This document shows, piece by piece, positions 23,697 through 33,874 of a stretch of 64,000 bases of DNA (the first letter of the stretch is position 1; the number at the start of each line of letters is the position of its first letter). Source of the stretch: Acidobacteriota bacterium. Lineage in GTDB: Bacteria > Acidobacteriota > Blastocatellia > Pyrinomonadales > Pyrinomonadaceae. Below the pieces are notes generated by a model. That model was not told the origin of the DNA. It saw only the letters and a list, made by a program, of their open reading frames with translations, and did not search any database. The DNA is taken from contig JAIVJI010000009.1 of assembly GCA_020200135.1 (NCBI GenBank), positions 1,642 to 65,641 on the forward strand, given 5' to 3'. Position numbers and translations under genes: made by a program.

Positions 23697-25051
23697 CGAA
23701 AATTTACTGCGCGCGCTGGGTGCTGCCGATACACTCCGGGCCGGTCGAAGGGGGCGCGGTCGCCGTCGGGGGGACACGCATCGCCGGTGTGGGCGCGCGC
23801 GCGGAGATCGTCGAGAGGTTCCCGTCGGCCGTGGTCGAGGACTTCGGCGAGGCCGTCATCCTGCCGGGCTTCGTCAACTGCCACACGCATCTTGAGCTGA
23901 CCGCGATGCGCGGCTTCCTCGAACCGGAGGAGGGCGACTTCTTCGCGTGGCTGCGCCGCGTCACCGGCTCGCGCGGCGAGCACATGAGCGCCGAAGACCT
24001 CTACGTCTCGGCGGCGTGGGGCGCGGTCGAGGCCGCGCGCGCGGGCGTCACGAGCGTCGGCGACGCGAGCGACTCGGGCGCGCCGGTGATGCGGGCGCTG
24101 CGCGACGCGGGCCTGCGCGCCGTCGTCTACCAGGAGGCGTTCGGGCCGGACGCGCGCGGGGCCGCGGCGAAGTTCGACGCGGCGCGCGAGAAGATATACG
24201 CGCTGCGCGGCGGCGAGACTCCGCTCGTCACGCTCGGCCTGTCGCCGCACGCGCCCTACTCGGTCTCGCCGCCGCTCCTCGAGATGCTCGTGCGCTTCGC
24301 GGTCGAAGAGCGCCTGCCGCTGATGATGCACGCCGCCGAGTCCGAGGCCGAGCAGGCGCTGATGACGGAAGGCGGCGGCATCTTCGCGGCGGGCTACGCG
24401 CTGCGCGGCTTCCAATTCGACTCGCCGCGCACCACGACCGTCCGCTATCTCGCGCGCCTCGGCGTGCTGGACAAGCTGCTGCTCGCGCACTGCGTCCGCG
24501 CGGACGAAGGCGACGTCGAGCTTTTGGGCAGCCACGGCGCGCGCGTCGCACACTGCCCGAAGTCGAACGCCAAGCTCGGGCACGGGCGCGCGCCGCTGGC
24601 GGCGTTGCTCGGCGCGGGCGTCAAGGTCGGGCTGGGCAGCGACTCGGTCGCGAGCAACAACACGTGCGACCTGCTCGAAGAGGCGCGCTTCGCCGTGCTC
24701 GGCTCGCGCGCGGCGGGCGAGACTGTCGGCGGCCGCGCGCTCGACGCCACGGACGCTTTGCACATGGCGACGCGCGGCGGGGCCGACGCGCTCGGCGTGT
24801 GGCCAGTGGCGGGCGCGCTCCACGAAGGGATGGGGGCGGACCTCGTCGCCGTGCGGCTCGACGCGGCGCACCTGACGCCGGCCTACGACCCTGCGGCGGC
24901 GCTCGTCTTCTCGGCGTCGGGTCGCGACGTGCTGCTGACGGTCGTGGCGGGGCGCGAGGTCTTCCGCGACGGCCGCGTGACGACGCTCGACGAGGCTGAC
25001 TTGCGCGCGCGCGTCCGAGACCTCGCGCGCCGCCTCGCCGAGTCGCGCTAG
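23693..25051 (+). CDS. Amidohydrolase-family protein (chlorohydrolase / nucleoside deaminase-like)
   Basis: MTKIYCARWVLP...ILPGFVNCHTHLELT metal-binding HxH. Start at ATG 23693 overlaps the upstream stop. Confidence 0.7.
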   Translation: MTKIYCARWVLPIHSGPVEGGAVAVGGTRIAGVGARAEIVERFPSAVVEDFGEAVILPGFVNCHTHLELTAMRGFLEPEEGDFFAWLRRVTGSRGEHMSAEDLYVSAAWGAVEAARAGVTSVGDASDSGAPVMRALRDAGLRAVVYQEAFGPDARGAAAKFDAAREKIYALRGGETPLVTLGLSPHAPYSVSPPLLEMLVRFAVEERLPLMMHAAESEAEQALMTEGGGIFAAGYALRGFQFDSPRTTTVRYLARLGVLDKLLLAHCVRADEGDVELLGSHGARVAHCPKSNAKLGHGRAPLAALLGAGVKVGLGSDSVASNNTCDLLEEARFAVLGSRAAGETVGGRALDATDALHMATRGGADALGVWPVAGALHEGMGADLVAVRLDAAHLTPAYDPAAALVFSASGRDVLLTVVAGREVFRDGRVTTLDEADLRARVRDLARRLAESR

Positions 25052-25086
25052 CGCGAGGCCACGCGGGCGCGAAAGAGAGTTGTGCG

Positions 25087-25115
25087 TTGACATTCCCGGC
25101 GGCGTGTCATAGAAA
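25087..25115 (+). promoter_or_regulatory. Near-consensus sigma-70 promoter
   Basis: TTGACA-N17-TAGAAA, followed by a GGAAGGAG Shine-Dalgarno and ATG 25172. Confidence 0.5.
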
Positions 25116-25171
25116 CCTCCACGGTACTTCTCCCCGTGCCGGCCGCTCCGCCAACCGGAAGGAGTCGTGAG

Positions 25172-26365
25172 ATGAGAACAAGAAGCCTCGAACAGTTCGC
25201 GCGCGTCCTGGCCCTCTGCCTGCTCGCGCCGCGCGCGGCTTCCGCGCAAGCGACGCCGGCGCCCGACGCGCCCGCGCAGAGGCTCGCCGTGCAGGTCGAA
25301 TACTTCAAGGGCGCGAAGCCGGCCTTCCAGCCCGTGCCGAGGGACAGCTGGTACGGCCACTTCGCGACGGTCGCCACGCCACAGCCGCGCGCGGCCGCCG
25401 ACACGGTTCGGGCCGTCCACGTCAGGACGCGCGCCGGCGAGGGCGGCCGCGTCGAGGTACGCGTCGGCGTCCACGTCGGCGCGCGCCACTTCGACCGCCT
25501 CGAAGCGGTCGCGACCTACCACGCGGCCGTCGGCGAGACGGTCACGGCCGGCGAGCTCGAACGCGTCGGCGTCGCGCCCTTCGTCTTCAAGGTGCTGGGC
25601 GTCAACGAGACGGCCGCCGCGCCGCCGTCCGTCCAGAACATGACGCAGTCGATAGAGGCGTTCATCACGGACTTCACGCCCGGCTCGCTGCCGCACGGCA
25701 AAATGACGCTGCGGAATCTTTCGACCAAGCGCGTCCGCGCCGTCTACCTGCGGCAGGTCGTCGAGGGGCGCAACCGCCTACAGGGCTTCGTGACCGAGCG
25801 CGAGGGGAAGATGCTGATTGAGCCCGGCGGCAGCGCCGAGAAGGTCTTCGGCGCGACGACCGGCGAGCCCTCCGCGTCGGGGTTCCTGCCGGCCGCGGTC
25901 GAGAGCCTGGTCATCGACACGGTCGTCTTTGAGGACTACACGTTCGAGGGCGAGCCCGAACGCGCCGCGATGAAGCGCGCGCTCATCGAGGGCGAACGCG
26001 CGCAGCTCCAGCGCCTGCTGGCGTTGATTCGCCAGGCCCATAATGCGCCCGCCGCAGGCGCGCCCGCCGCCGCGCGCGCGTTCAGGGGGAGGCTTCTGGC
26101 GCTCGGCGACCCCGTTCCGCAGGCGGCCGTGGCCGCGATTCTTAAGGACTACCCCGGCCTCCACACGTACGAGACGGCGGCGACCTCCGACCCGAGCCGC
26201 TGGGGCTCGGTGGTCGAAATCTCGATGCACGGCGTCCGGCGCGACCTGCTCAACGACCTCGAACGCTTCGAGAAGGTGTCGCAGTCGTCGCCGCAGGCCG
26301 GCGGCTTCAAGGGCTGGCTCAAACAGTGGCAGGCGCGTTACGAAGCCTGGCTCTCGCGCCTCTAA
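25172..26365 (+). CDS. Secreted hypothetical protein (397 aa)
   Basis: Signal peptide [26 protein letters not shown]. Good Shine-Dalgarno. No recognisable domain. Confidence 0.5.
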   Translation: MRTRSLEQFARVLALCLLAPRAASAQATPAPDAPAQRLAVQVEYFKGAKPAFQPVPRDSWYGHFATVATPQPRAAADTVRAVHVRTRAGEGGRVEVRVGVHVGARHFDRLEAVATYHAAVGETVTAGELERVGVAPFVFKVLGVNETAAAPPSVQNMTQSIEAFITDFTPGSLPHGKMTLRNLSTKRVRAVYLRQVVEGRNRLQGFVTEREGKMLIEPGGSAEKVFGATTGEPSASGFLPAAVESLVIDTVVFEDYTFEGEPERAAMKRALIEGERAQLQRLLALIRQAHNAPAAGAPAAARAFRGRLLALGDPVPQAAVAAILKDYPGLHTYETAATSDPSRWGSVVEISMHGVRRDLLNDLERFEKVSQSSPQAGGFKGWLKQWQARYEAWLSRL

Positions 26366-26385
26366 ACTCGCCGCGCGCTCGGACG

Positions 26386-27062
26386 ATGATTCACCTCCGC
26401 TCAATCGACCTCAAGCCGGCGGCGCGGCGGCTCGAAGGCTTCCCGTTCGAGCTGCCGGTCGTCAGGAAGTTCAGGGGGGTCAAGTTCGGCAGCCCCGTCA
26501 CGTTCCTCGTCGGCGAGAACGGGTCGGGGAAGTCCACCGTGCTCGAAGCCCTCGCGGCGGCGGTCGGCTCGGTCGTCGTCGGCGGCGAGGACGTGCGCAC
26601 CGACAAGACGCTCGCGCACGCGCGCGCGCTCGCCGCGCAGCTCAAGCTCGCGTGGGCGAAGCGGACGCACCGCGGCTTCTTCCTGCGCGCCGAGGACTTC
26701 TTCAACTTCACGCGGCGCGTCAACCAGACGAGCGCGGAGCTGGAGGGGATGGCCGGCGAGTTCGAGCGCGAAGGGCTCAAGGGCTACGGGCTGCGTCTGG
26801 CGCAGGGCGTGGTGCGGGGTCGGAGGCCCCGCTCTCGCCGCAGCGCCAGCTCGCGCTCCTCGCGATGCTCAAGGGGATGGCCGAGCAGGACTCGCAGTTC
26901 GTCGTCGCCACGCACTCGCCCATCCTGATGGCGCTCCCCGGCGCGGACATCCTCAGCTTCGACACCGCCCCCGCCCGCCGCGTCCGCTACGAAGAGGTCG
27001 AGCACGTCACGCTCACACGCGACTTCCTCAACAACCCCGAGGCCTTTCTCCGCCACCTGTAA
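26386..27062 (+). pseudogene. ABC/AAA_21-type ATPase with an internal deletion plus frameshift
   Basis: Frame A carries Walker A ([15 protein letters not shown]) up to ...[10 protein letters not shown] (~26806). Frame C resumes at [13 protein letters not shown]...ATHSPILMA...FLRHL (from 26823). No frame between them encodes a Walker B (DEPE) or signature segment. Confidence 0.6.
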
Positions 27063-27160
27063 GGGCCGTGAACCGTAAACCGTGACAAGATGCGGCGGCG
27101 GCCGTCTCCCGTCGCGGCTCAAGGTTTACGGTTTACGGCCTCAACGGTTTACGATTCACG
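27063..27160. repeat. Period-7 palindromic element, family C (CCGTAAA / TTTACGG)
   Basis: GGGCCGTGAA CCGTAAA CCGTGAC AAG ... CAAGGTTTAC GGTTTAC GG...GGTTTAC GATTCAC G. Fills the whole gap between the ATPase pseudogene stop and the ackA ATG. Confidence 0.85.
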
Positions 27161-27161
27161 C

Positions 27162-28409
27162 ATGAACGTACTCGTCTTGAACTGCGGCAGCTCGACCGTC
27201 AAGTTCCAGCTCATCGCGACCGACCTCGACCACATCGCGCGGGACGCGGACGAGCATCTGGCGGGCGGCGTCGTCGAGCGCATCGGCGGCGAGGCCATCC
27301 TCGACTTCCGCGCGCGGGACGACGAGCCGCGCCGCTCGACCGCGCCGGTGCGCGACACCCGCTCGGCCGTCGAGACCGTCATCCGGTGGGTGACCTCGGC
27401 CGACTCCGGCATCGAGGAGGTCAAGAGCGTGGCGGACGTACACGCCGTCGGCCACCGCGTCGTCCACGGCGGCGAGCGCTTCAAGCAGTCGGCGCTCATC
27501 ACCGAAGAGGTCTTGCGCGGCATCGAGGACTGCATCGACCTCGCGCCGCTGCACAACCCCGGCAACATCCGCGGCATACAGGCCGCGCGCGAGGTCTTCG
27601 GGCCGGGGCTCCCGCAGGTCGCGGTCTTCGACACGGCCTTTCACCAGACGCTCCCGCCGCACGCGTACCTCTACGCGCTCCCATACCAGTGGTACCGGCG
27701 CCACCGCGTCCGCCGCTACGGCTTCCACGGCACTTCGCACCGCTACGTCGCCTACCGCTACCGGCGGCTGCTGGGCCTCTCGCGCGAGCAGACCAACATC
27801 ATCACGCTCCACCTCGGCAACGGGTGCTCGGCGGCGGCCGTCCGCGGCGGCGACTCGCTCGACACCTCGATGGGGATGACGCCGCTCGAAGGGCTGGTGA
27901 TGGGGACGCGCTCGGGCGACATCGACCCGGCCATCGTCGATTTCGTCGGGGCGAAGGAGGGACTGTCGGCGCAGGAGTTGGAGTCGGTGCTCAACAAGCA
28001 GTCGGGGCTGCTGGGGATTTCCGGGCTGACGAACGACATGCGCGAGCTACTCGACGAGTCGCACGAGTCGGGCGACCGGCGCGCGCGGCTCGCCGTCGAG
28101 ATTTTCTGCTACCGCGTGCGCAAGTACGTCGGCGCGTACCTCGCGGCGCTGGGCGGGGCGGACGCGCTGGTCTTTACGGGCGGCATCGGCGAGAACTCGG
28201 CGGAGGTGCGCGAGCGCATCTGCGAGGGGCTGGGGTGGATGGGCGTCGAGCTCGACCCGGCGGCGAACAAGGCGACGAAGGGGCGGCGCGAGGGGCTCGT
28301 CAGCCGCGAGGGGTCGCGCCTCGCCGTTTACGTCATCCCCACCGACGAGGAGCTGCTCATCGCGCGCGACACCGTCCGCCTGATTCGCGGGGTGACGCAA
28401 AGATTCTGA
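27162..28409 (+). CDS. ackA: Acetate kinase
   Basis: [17 protein letters not shown]..., HRVVHGG, GFHGTSH, and [11 protein letters not shown] near the C-terminus. Start at ATG 27162 (M25 of the tracked ORF). Confidence 0.9.
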   Translation: MNVLVLNCGSSTVKFQLIATDLDHIARDADEHLAGGVVERIGGEAILDFRARDDEPRRSTAPVRDTRSAVETVIRWVTSADSGIEEVKSVADVHAVGHRVVHGGERFKQSALITEEVLRGIEDCIDLAPLHNPGNIRGIQAAREVFGPGLPQVAVFDTAFHQTLPPHAYLYALPYQWYRRHRVRRYGFHGTSHRYVAYRYRRLLGLSREQTNIITLHLGNGCSAAAVRGGDSLDTSMGMTPLEGLVMGTRSGDIDPAIVDFVGAKEGLSAQELESVLNKQSGLLGISGLTNDMRELLDESHESGDRRARLAVEIFCYRVRKYVGAYLAALGGADALVFTGGIGENSAEVRERICEGLGWMGVELDPAANKATKGRREGLVSREGSRLAVYVIPTDEELLIARDTVRLIRGVTQRF

Positions 28410-28570
28410 GGAGTAGTAGGCAGCAGGCAGATGGCATTAGGCAGTTAAGACGGGAAGAGACTTGAATGAAAAGTGGGCGGCGAGTCGTGAAACTCGCCGC
28501 CCACGTTTGCCCGACCGCTTTCCTTTTTCTTCTAACTGCCTACTGCCATCTGCCTACTGCTTTTCTACTG
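28410..28570. repeat. Period-7 palindromic element, family B (GCAGNNG / CTGCC)
   Basis: GTAGTAG GCAGCAG GCAGATG GCATTAG GCAGTTA ... central hairpin GTGGGCGGCGAGT-cgtgaa-ACTCGCCGCCCAC ... TCTAACTGCCTACTGCCATCTGCCTACTGCTTTTCTACTG. Fills the convergent gap, and its right end contains the TAG stop of the Calx-beta gene. Confidence 0.85.
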
Positions 28571-31500
28571 TCCGAAACGATTCCGGTACTCGGCCGAGTC
28601 GAGGAAGGCTTTGACCATCTCGGCGCGGACGGGGTCGCCGCCGAACTCGTTGAGCTTGCCGAGCCAGAAGTTCCAGCCGCCGTAGTTGAGCCCCGGCTCC
28701 GGGGCGTCGTCGGGGTTGCGGCGCAGGTAGCCGAAGTACTGCATCAGCACGAAGGCGCGGCGCAACTCGGCCTGCTGGAGTGCCTCTTTCTCGGCGACCA
28801 TCCTGAGCACCGCCGCGCGGGCCAGCACCTCGTGGAACGCCCGGAACATCGCGCGGGTTTGCTCATAATCAGTACCCGTGAGCGTGATGCCGGCGTTCTG
28901 GGCGAGCTTTCTGAGGTAGTTGTCCGCGTCCATTGAGAGCGGGTACTCGGCGAGGAATCGCGGCCGCTGGACGAACTCCAGCATGTACGCGTTCTTGTTG
29001 GCTTCGAGCTGCGCCTGCCAGTCGCCCGGCCCGACGACGACGCCCTCGCCGATGCGCCGCGTGTCAGGCAGGAACTCCTGGAGCCTGACGAACGGCACCG
29101 TCCCCCCCACGCCCGGCGAGGTCGCGTCGCCGTAGGCCGCCTTGAACGCGCGGTAGACGAAGTAGCCCGTCTCCTGGAACTCTATCGACAGGAAGAAGGC
29201 CGCGCTCGTGTTGATGCGCTTGACCTCGCGGCAGGCGGCGTCGGCGCCGCACGACTCGATGCCGCCCGTCCAGAAGGCGAGCCCCGCGGCGTCGGGCTCG
29301 CGGTTGAGGAAGTCGTGGTAGTGCTGGCGGACGAAGTCCGAAGAGTTGTCAATCGGGTTACCCGCGGGCGGCGGGTCGTCGTCGGCCGCGAGGAGGACCG
29401 TGGCGGCCGCCTGCGGGCCGAGCGCGGCGCCGCCGGTCGGGTTCGAGAGCGTGAGGTTGATGGTCTCCACCGGCTCGGTGAAGGCGTCCTCGGTCAGTAG
29501 CACGTCGAACGTCTTCGAGGTCTCGCCCGCCGCGAACCTGAGCGTCCCCGAGGCGGCCGTGTAGTCCTTGCGCTCGGTCGCCGTCCCGTCGCCCGTCGCG
29601 AAGTCCACGTTGGCCGCGGCCGAGGCGTCGCCCGAGCGGGTGACCGTGACGGTGACGAAGTGCGCGCTCTCGCCCACGGGGTAGACGCCCTCCGAGAACT
29701 GGAACCGCGGCGTGTCGTCGTTGAGGATGGTGCCCACGCCCCGCGCGTCCGCGACGCCCGCGTTCGACGCCCCCGACAGGTTGACGAAGAAGTTCTCGTC
29801 CGCCTCGTTGAGCGTGTCGCCCAGGACGAAGACCAGGAAGGTCTTGCTGGTCTCGCCGGGGTTGAAGGTTATCGTGCCGGAGGCGGCGGCGTAGTCGGCC
29901 GCGTCGGCCCTGGCCGTGCCGTCGGCGGTGGCGTAGTTGACCGTCACCGTCTGCCCGCTCGCGGGCGCGAGCGTCACCGTGAACTCTTTGCCCGAGCCGC
30001 CCGAGTTGCCCTCGGTCACGGTCACGTCGCCGACCGAGAGCGAAGGGGCGCCGTCGTCGTCGGTTATCGTCCCCGTGCCCTGCCCGTCGTTGACGGTCGC
30101 GTTCGACGCTCCCGAGAGGTTGACGTCGAAGCTTTCGTTCGGCTCGTCGGTGGTGTCGCCGGCGACGAGGACGGTGACATTCTTCGAGGTCTCCCCGGGG
30201 TTGAAGGTGAGCTGGGTGGAGGCGACGGCCGCGTAGTCGCCCGGCGCGACGGCCGTGTTGTTGGCGGTCGCGTAGCTGACGGTGACGGTCTTTCCGCTCG
30301 CGGCCGAGAGCGTGACGGCGAACGTGGCGTTGACCGTGCCGGCGTCGCCCTCGGTGACGGTCGCGTCGCCGACGGAGAGCGAGGGCGCCACGTCGTTGTC
30401 CGAGATGGTGCCGACGCCGGTGCCGTCGCCGATGGTCGCGCGGGATGAGCTATGTACGTTGAGGCTGAAGGTCTCGTCCGGCTCGTCGGTCGTGTCGTTG
30501 AGGATGTCGACGGACACGGTTTTCGAGGTCTCGCCGGGGCTGAACGTCACCGAGCCGATGCCGACGCCCATGTAGTCGGCGCCGGCGGTCGCGGTGCCGT
30601 TCGCCGAGGTGTAGAGGACAAGCACGTCCCGCCCGCTCGCGGCCGAGAGCTTGAAGTTGAAGGAGGCCACGCCGGCGCCTTCCTCTACCGTGGTGTCTTC
30701 GATGGTGAGCGAGGGTGCCGCGTCGTCGTCCGTGATGGTGCCGACGCCGGAGTTGTCGGCGATGGACGCGCCCGAGGCGGCGGAGAGATTGACGAAGAAG
30801 GTCTCGTTCTCCTCGTCAAGGGCGTCGCCGAGGGCGGAGACGGCGACGTTCTTCGTCGTCTCGCCGGGGCTGAAGGTGAGCGTGCCGCCGGCGGCCGTGT
30901 AGTCTGTGCCGGCCGTGGCCGTGTTGTTGGCGGTGGCGTAATTGATGGTGACGGGCAGGCCGCTCGCGGCCGAGAGCGAGATGGTGAACGTGATGGAGAC
31001 GGGGTTCGCGGTGCCCTCAGTCACCGGCGCCGGGTCGTTGATGGAGATGGTGGGCGCCGTGTCGTCGTTCGTGATGGTGCCGACGCCCTGCGCGTCGTTG
31101 ATGGTCGCGCCCGACGGCGAAGTGAGGTTGACGAAGAAGGTCTCGTTATTCTCGAAGGTCGTCTCGCCCCTGACGGTGACGGTGAAGGTCTCAGACGTGT
31201 CGCCGGGCACGAAGTTGAGCGTGCCGCTCGCCGCCGTGTAGTCGTTGCCGCTGCCCTCGGTGGCCGTCCCGCCGGCCGAGGTCGTCGCGTAGCTGACGCT
31301 CGCGGCGACGCCGCTCGGGGCGGAGAGCGTGACGGTGAAGGTGGCGTTGACGGTGCCGGAGTTGCCCTCGGTCACGGTCGCGTCACTGATGGTGAAGGAG
31401 GGCGCGGTGTCGTCGTTCGTGATGGTGCCGAGGCCAGCGTTGTCCGAGATGGTCGCGCCGCCCGTCGCCGAGGAGAGCGTGACGTTGAAGGTCTCGTTGG

Positions 31501-33874
31501 CCTCGAAGAGCGCCTCGCCTGTGACGTTGATGGTGACGGTCTCCGACGTGTCGCCCGGCGTGAAGTTTACCGTGCCGCTCGTGACCGCAGCGTAGTCGCT
31601 GCCGGCCGTGGCCGTCCCGTCGGAGGTGGCGTAGCTCACCGAGACGGGGTTGACGGAAGCGTGCGAGAGCGTGACCGTGAAGTTGAAGGCGGTCGTGCCG
31701 GTGTTGCCCTCCGCGATGGTCAGGTCGTTGATGGCAAGCGCGGCGTCGTCGTTGTTGACGGTGGCCTGTGCCTGGCTGTCAGAGATGGTCGCGTTCGACG
31801 GGCTCGACAGGTTGAGGAAGAAATTCTCGTGCGCCTCGCCGACGGTGTCGCCGTTGACGTTGACCGTGATGGTCCTGGAGGTCTGGCCGGGGTCGAAGGT
31901 CAGGCTGGAAGTGACGGCCGCGTAGTCGCCGGACGCGCTGGTGGCCGTGCCGTCGGCCGTCGCGTAGCTCACCGTGACGGTCTGGCCGCTCGCGGGCAGC
32001 AGCGAGACGGTGAAGTTGACGGCGGTGGTGGCGCCGGCGTTGCCCTCGGCCACCGCGGTCGCGTCGCCGACCGAGAGCGAAGGGGCGCCGTCGTCGTCGG
32101 TTATCGTCCCCGTGCCCTGTCCGTCGCCGACGGTCGCGTTCGAGGGGGACGAGAGGTTGACGAAAAAGGTCTCGTTCGGCTCGTCGGTGGTGTCGCCCGC
32201 GACGTTGACGTTGACGGTCTTCACAGTGTCGCCGGGGTTGAAGGTGAGCGTGCCGGAGGCCGAGGCGTAGTCGGCGGGCTGCGTGGCCGAGTTGTCGGCC
32301 GTCGAGTAGTTGACCGTGACGGGCTGCGCGCTTGCGGCCGAGAGCGTGACGTCGAAGACGGCGCCCGTGGTGCCGACGTTGCCTTCGGTGACTGTCACGT
32401 CGTTGACGCTCAGCGCGGGGGCGGCGTCGTTGTCCGTGATGGTCAGCGTGGCGGTCGTCTGCGTGCCGAGGGTCGCGCCGCCGGTCGGGCCGCTCAAAGT
32501 CAGGTTGACGGTCTCGTCCGGCTCGTCGAGCGAGTCGTCCGAGACGGCGACGTTGAAGGTCTTGCTCGTCTCGCCGGCGGCGAAGTTGAGCGTGCCGCCG
32601 GCGGCCGTGTAGTCGACGCCGGCCACGGCCGTCCCGTTCGAGGTGGCGTAACTGACGGAGACGGCGCGGTCGCTCCCGTCCGCGCGCGTGACGGTGACGG
32701 TGGCGTTCGTCCCGGCCTCGCCGGCCGCGTAGGTGGCGGCGCTGAACTGGAGCGTGCCGGGGATGTCGCAGGGCGAGGGGCCGGCGTTGTCGGGCGTGAG
32801 CAGGAAGGCGCGGCGCTGGCCCGAGCCGTTGACCGCCGTGGCGACTATCTGCCCGCGGTCGTTGATGGCGCGCGCCTCCTCGAACGTCCAGCCGGCGGTC
32901 GGGGCGAGCGTGTTGAGGTTCTTCATCTCGCCCGCGTCGTGCGCGCCGTTGGCGTTGTCGTCAGTCCAGAGGAAGGCGCGGTTGACGCCGGCGGTGACCT
33001 CCGCGTAGCCGACGATATGTCCCGAGGCGTTGACGCCGTAGGCGATGCTGCGCGTGCCGCCGAACGTGCCGAGGTCCTGTATCCCGCCGGTCGAAGTCCA
33101 GCGGAAGGCGTGGAAGGGGCGGCTGGCGTTGTTTGAGGGGATGTTGGCGTGGCCGACGACGACGACGACATCGTTATTGTCCGGCTCGTTGAGGTCGTAG
33201 GCGAAGCTGTTGGTGCCGCCGAGCGTGCCGAGGTCTGTGACGACGCCGCCGCTCGAAAGGAAGGCGTGCGACGCGCCGCCCGAAGTCTGCGCGGTGCCGA
33301 TGATGTGGCCGGCGTTGTTGATGGCGTAGGCCGCGATGGGCGTCCCCCACGGCGCGGTGACGATCTGCATCCCGGTCGCCTGCGTCCAGACGAAGGCGCG
33401 GTCTTGCAGCGGCGAAGTCTCCCACTGGCCGACGATCTGGTTCGACTCGTTGATGTCGTAGGCGGCGGCGCCGGTGCCGGGCGTCCCGAGGTCTGCTTTC
33501 GTGCCCGTCGCCAGCGTCCAGATGAAGGGGCGCTGCTCGCTCGTCGCGGTCTGCGCGGAGCCGGCGACCCGCCCCGCAACGTTGACGGCGGAGGCCGACC
33601 CGCTCTGGCCGCCGAAGGTCCCGAGGTCGGTCATCGTCGCCCCGTTCCAGAAGTAAGGGTGGAAGGAGGTGGAGCCCGTGGGGTTGGACTCGCCCACGAC
33701 CTTGCCGCACTCGTCGAGCCCGAGCGCGGTGCTCTGCGCGCCGCCGAGCGTGCCGAGGTCGGTCACCGTATAGGTGACGGCCTGCGCCGCGCCGCGCGGC
33801 GCGGGGAGCAGGGGGAAGAACGCGACCGCGAGCAGGCACACGACCGCCAGAGGCAATTTCCAGGGATGACGCAA
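28565..33874 (-). CDS. Giant secreted protein: HAF repeats + 10 Calx-beta domains + C-terminal DUF4214
   Basis: 1769 aa with a signal peptide. HAF-type repeats (HAFLSSGG..DLGTLGG, HAFRWTS), then ten ~113-aa units (..YATxDGTAxAGxDYxAxSGTLxFxPGETSKT..), then FVRQHYHDFLNREPDAAGLAFW (DUF4214-like). Confidence 0.85.
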   Translation of the reverse strand: MRHPWKLPLAVVCLLAVAFFPLLPAPRGAAQAVTYTVTDLGTLGGAQSTALGLDECGKVVGESNPTGSTSFHPYFWNGATMTDLGTFGGQSGSASAVNVAGRVAGSAQTATSEQRPFIWTLATGTKADLGTPGTGAAAYDINESNQIVGQWETSPLQDRAFVWTQATGMQIVTAPWGTPIAAYAINNAGHIIGTAQTSGGASHAFLSSGGVVTDLGTLGGTNSFAYDLNEPDNNDVVVVVGHANIPSNNASRPFHAFRWTSTGGIQDLGTFGGTRSIAYGVNASGHIVGYAEVTAGVNRAFLWTDDNANGAHDAGEMKNLNTLAPTAGWTFEEARAINDRGQIVATAVNGSGQRRAFLLTPDNAGPSPCDIPGTLQFSAATYAAGEAGTNATVTVTRADGSDRAVSVSYATSNGTAVAGVDYTAAGGTLNFAAGETSKTFNVAVSDDSLDEPDETVNLTLSGPTGGATLGTQTTATLTITDNDAAPALSVNDVTVTEGNVGTTGAVFDVTLSAASAQPVTVNYSTADNSATQPADYASASGTLTFNPGDTVKTVNVNVAGDTTDEPNETFFVNLSSPSNATVGDGQGTGTITDDDGAPSLSVGDATAVAEGNAGATTAVNFTVSLLPASGQTVTVSYATADGTATSASGDYAAVTSSLTFDPGQTSRTITVNVNGDTVGEAHENFFLNLSSPSNATISDSQAQATVNNDDAALAINDLTIAEGNTGTTAFNFTVTLSHASVNPVSVSYATSDGTATAGSDYAAVTSGTVNFTPGDTSETVTINVTGEALFEANETFNVTLSSATGGATISDNAGLGTITNDDTAPSFTISDATVTEGNSGTVNATFTVTLSAPSGVAASVSYATTSAGGTATEGSGNDYTAASGTLNFVPGDTSETFTVTVRGETTFENNETFFVNLTSPSGATINDAQGVGTITNDDTAPTISINDPAPVTEGTANPVSITFTISLSAASGLPVTINYATANNTATAGTDYTAAGGTLTFSPGETTKNVAVSALGDALDEENETFFVNLSAASGASIADNSGVGTITDDDAAPSLTIEDTTVEEGAGVASFNFKLSAASGRDVLVLYTSANGTATAGADYMGVGIGSVTFSPGETSKTVSVDILNDTTDEPDETFSLNVHSSSRATIGDGTGVGTISDNDVAPSLSVGDATVTEGDAGTVNATFAVTLSAASGKTVTVSYATANNTAVAPGDYAAVASTQLTFNPGETSKNVTVLVAGDTTDEPNESFDVNLSGASNATVNDGQGTGTITDDDGAPSLSVGDVTVTEGNSGGSGKEFTVTLAPASGQTVTVNYATADGTARADAADYAAASGTITFNPGETSKTFLVFVLGDTLNEADENFFVNLSGASNAGVADARGVGTILNDDTPRFQFSEGVYPVGESAHFVTVTVTRSGDASAAANVDFATGDGTATERKDYTAASGTLRFAAGETSKTFDVLLTEDAFTEPVETINLTLSNPTGGAALGPQAAATVLLAADDDPPPAGNPIDNSSDFVRQHYHDFLNREPDAAGLAFWTGGIESCGADAACREVKRINTSAAFFLSIEFQETGYFVYRAFKAAYGDATSPGVGGTVPFVRLQEFLPDTRRIGEGVVVGPGDWQAQLEANKNAYMLEFVQRPRFLAEYPLSMDADNYLRKLAQNAGITLTGTDYEQTRAMFRAFHEVLARAAVLRMVAEKEALQQAELRRAFVLMQYFGYLRRNPDDAPEPGLNYGGWNFWLGKLNEFGGDPVRAEMVKAFLDSAEYRNRFGQ
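29380..32750. repeat. Coding tandem repeats (~340 nt period) of the Calx-beta domains
   Basis: Ten consecutive homologous protein units, mirrored by repeated antisense ORFs about 330-350 nt apart in the ORF track. Confidence 0.85.

Noticed and set aside
29380-32750. A ~340-nt DNA periodicity that might indicate a non-coding tandem repeat or a mis-assembly.
   Set aside because: It is explained by ten diverged Calx-beta domains in one continuous reading frame.
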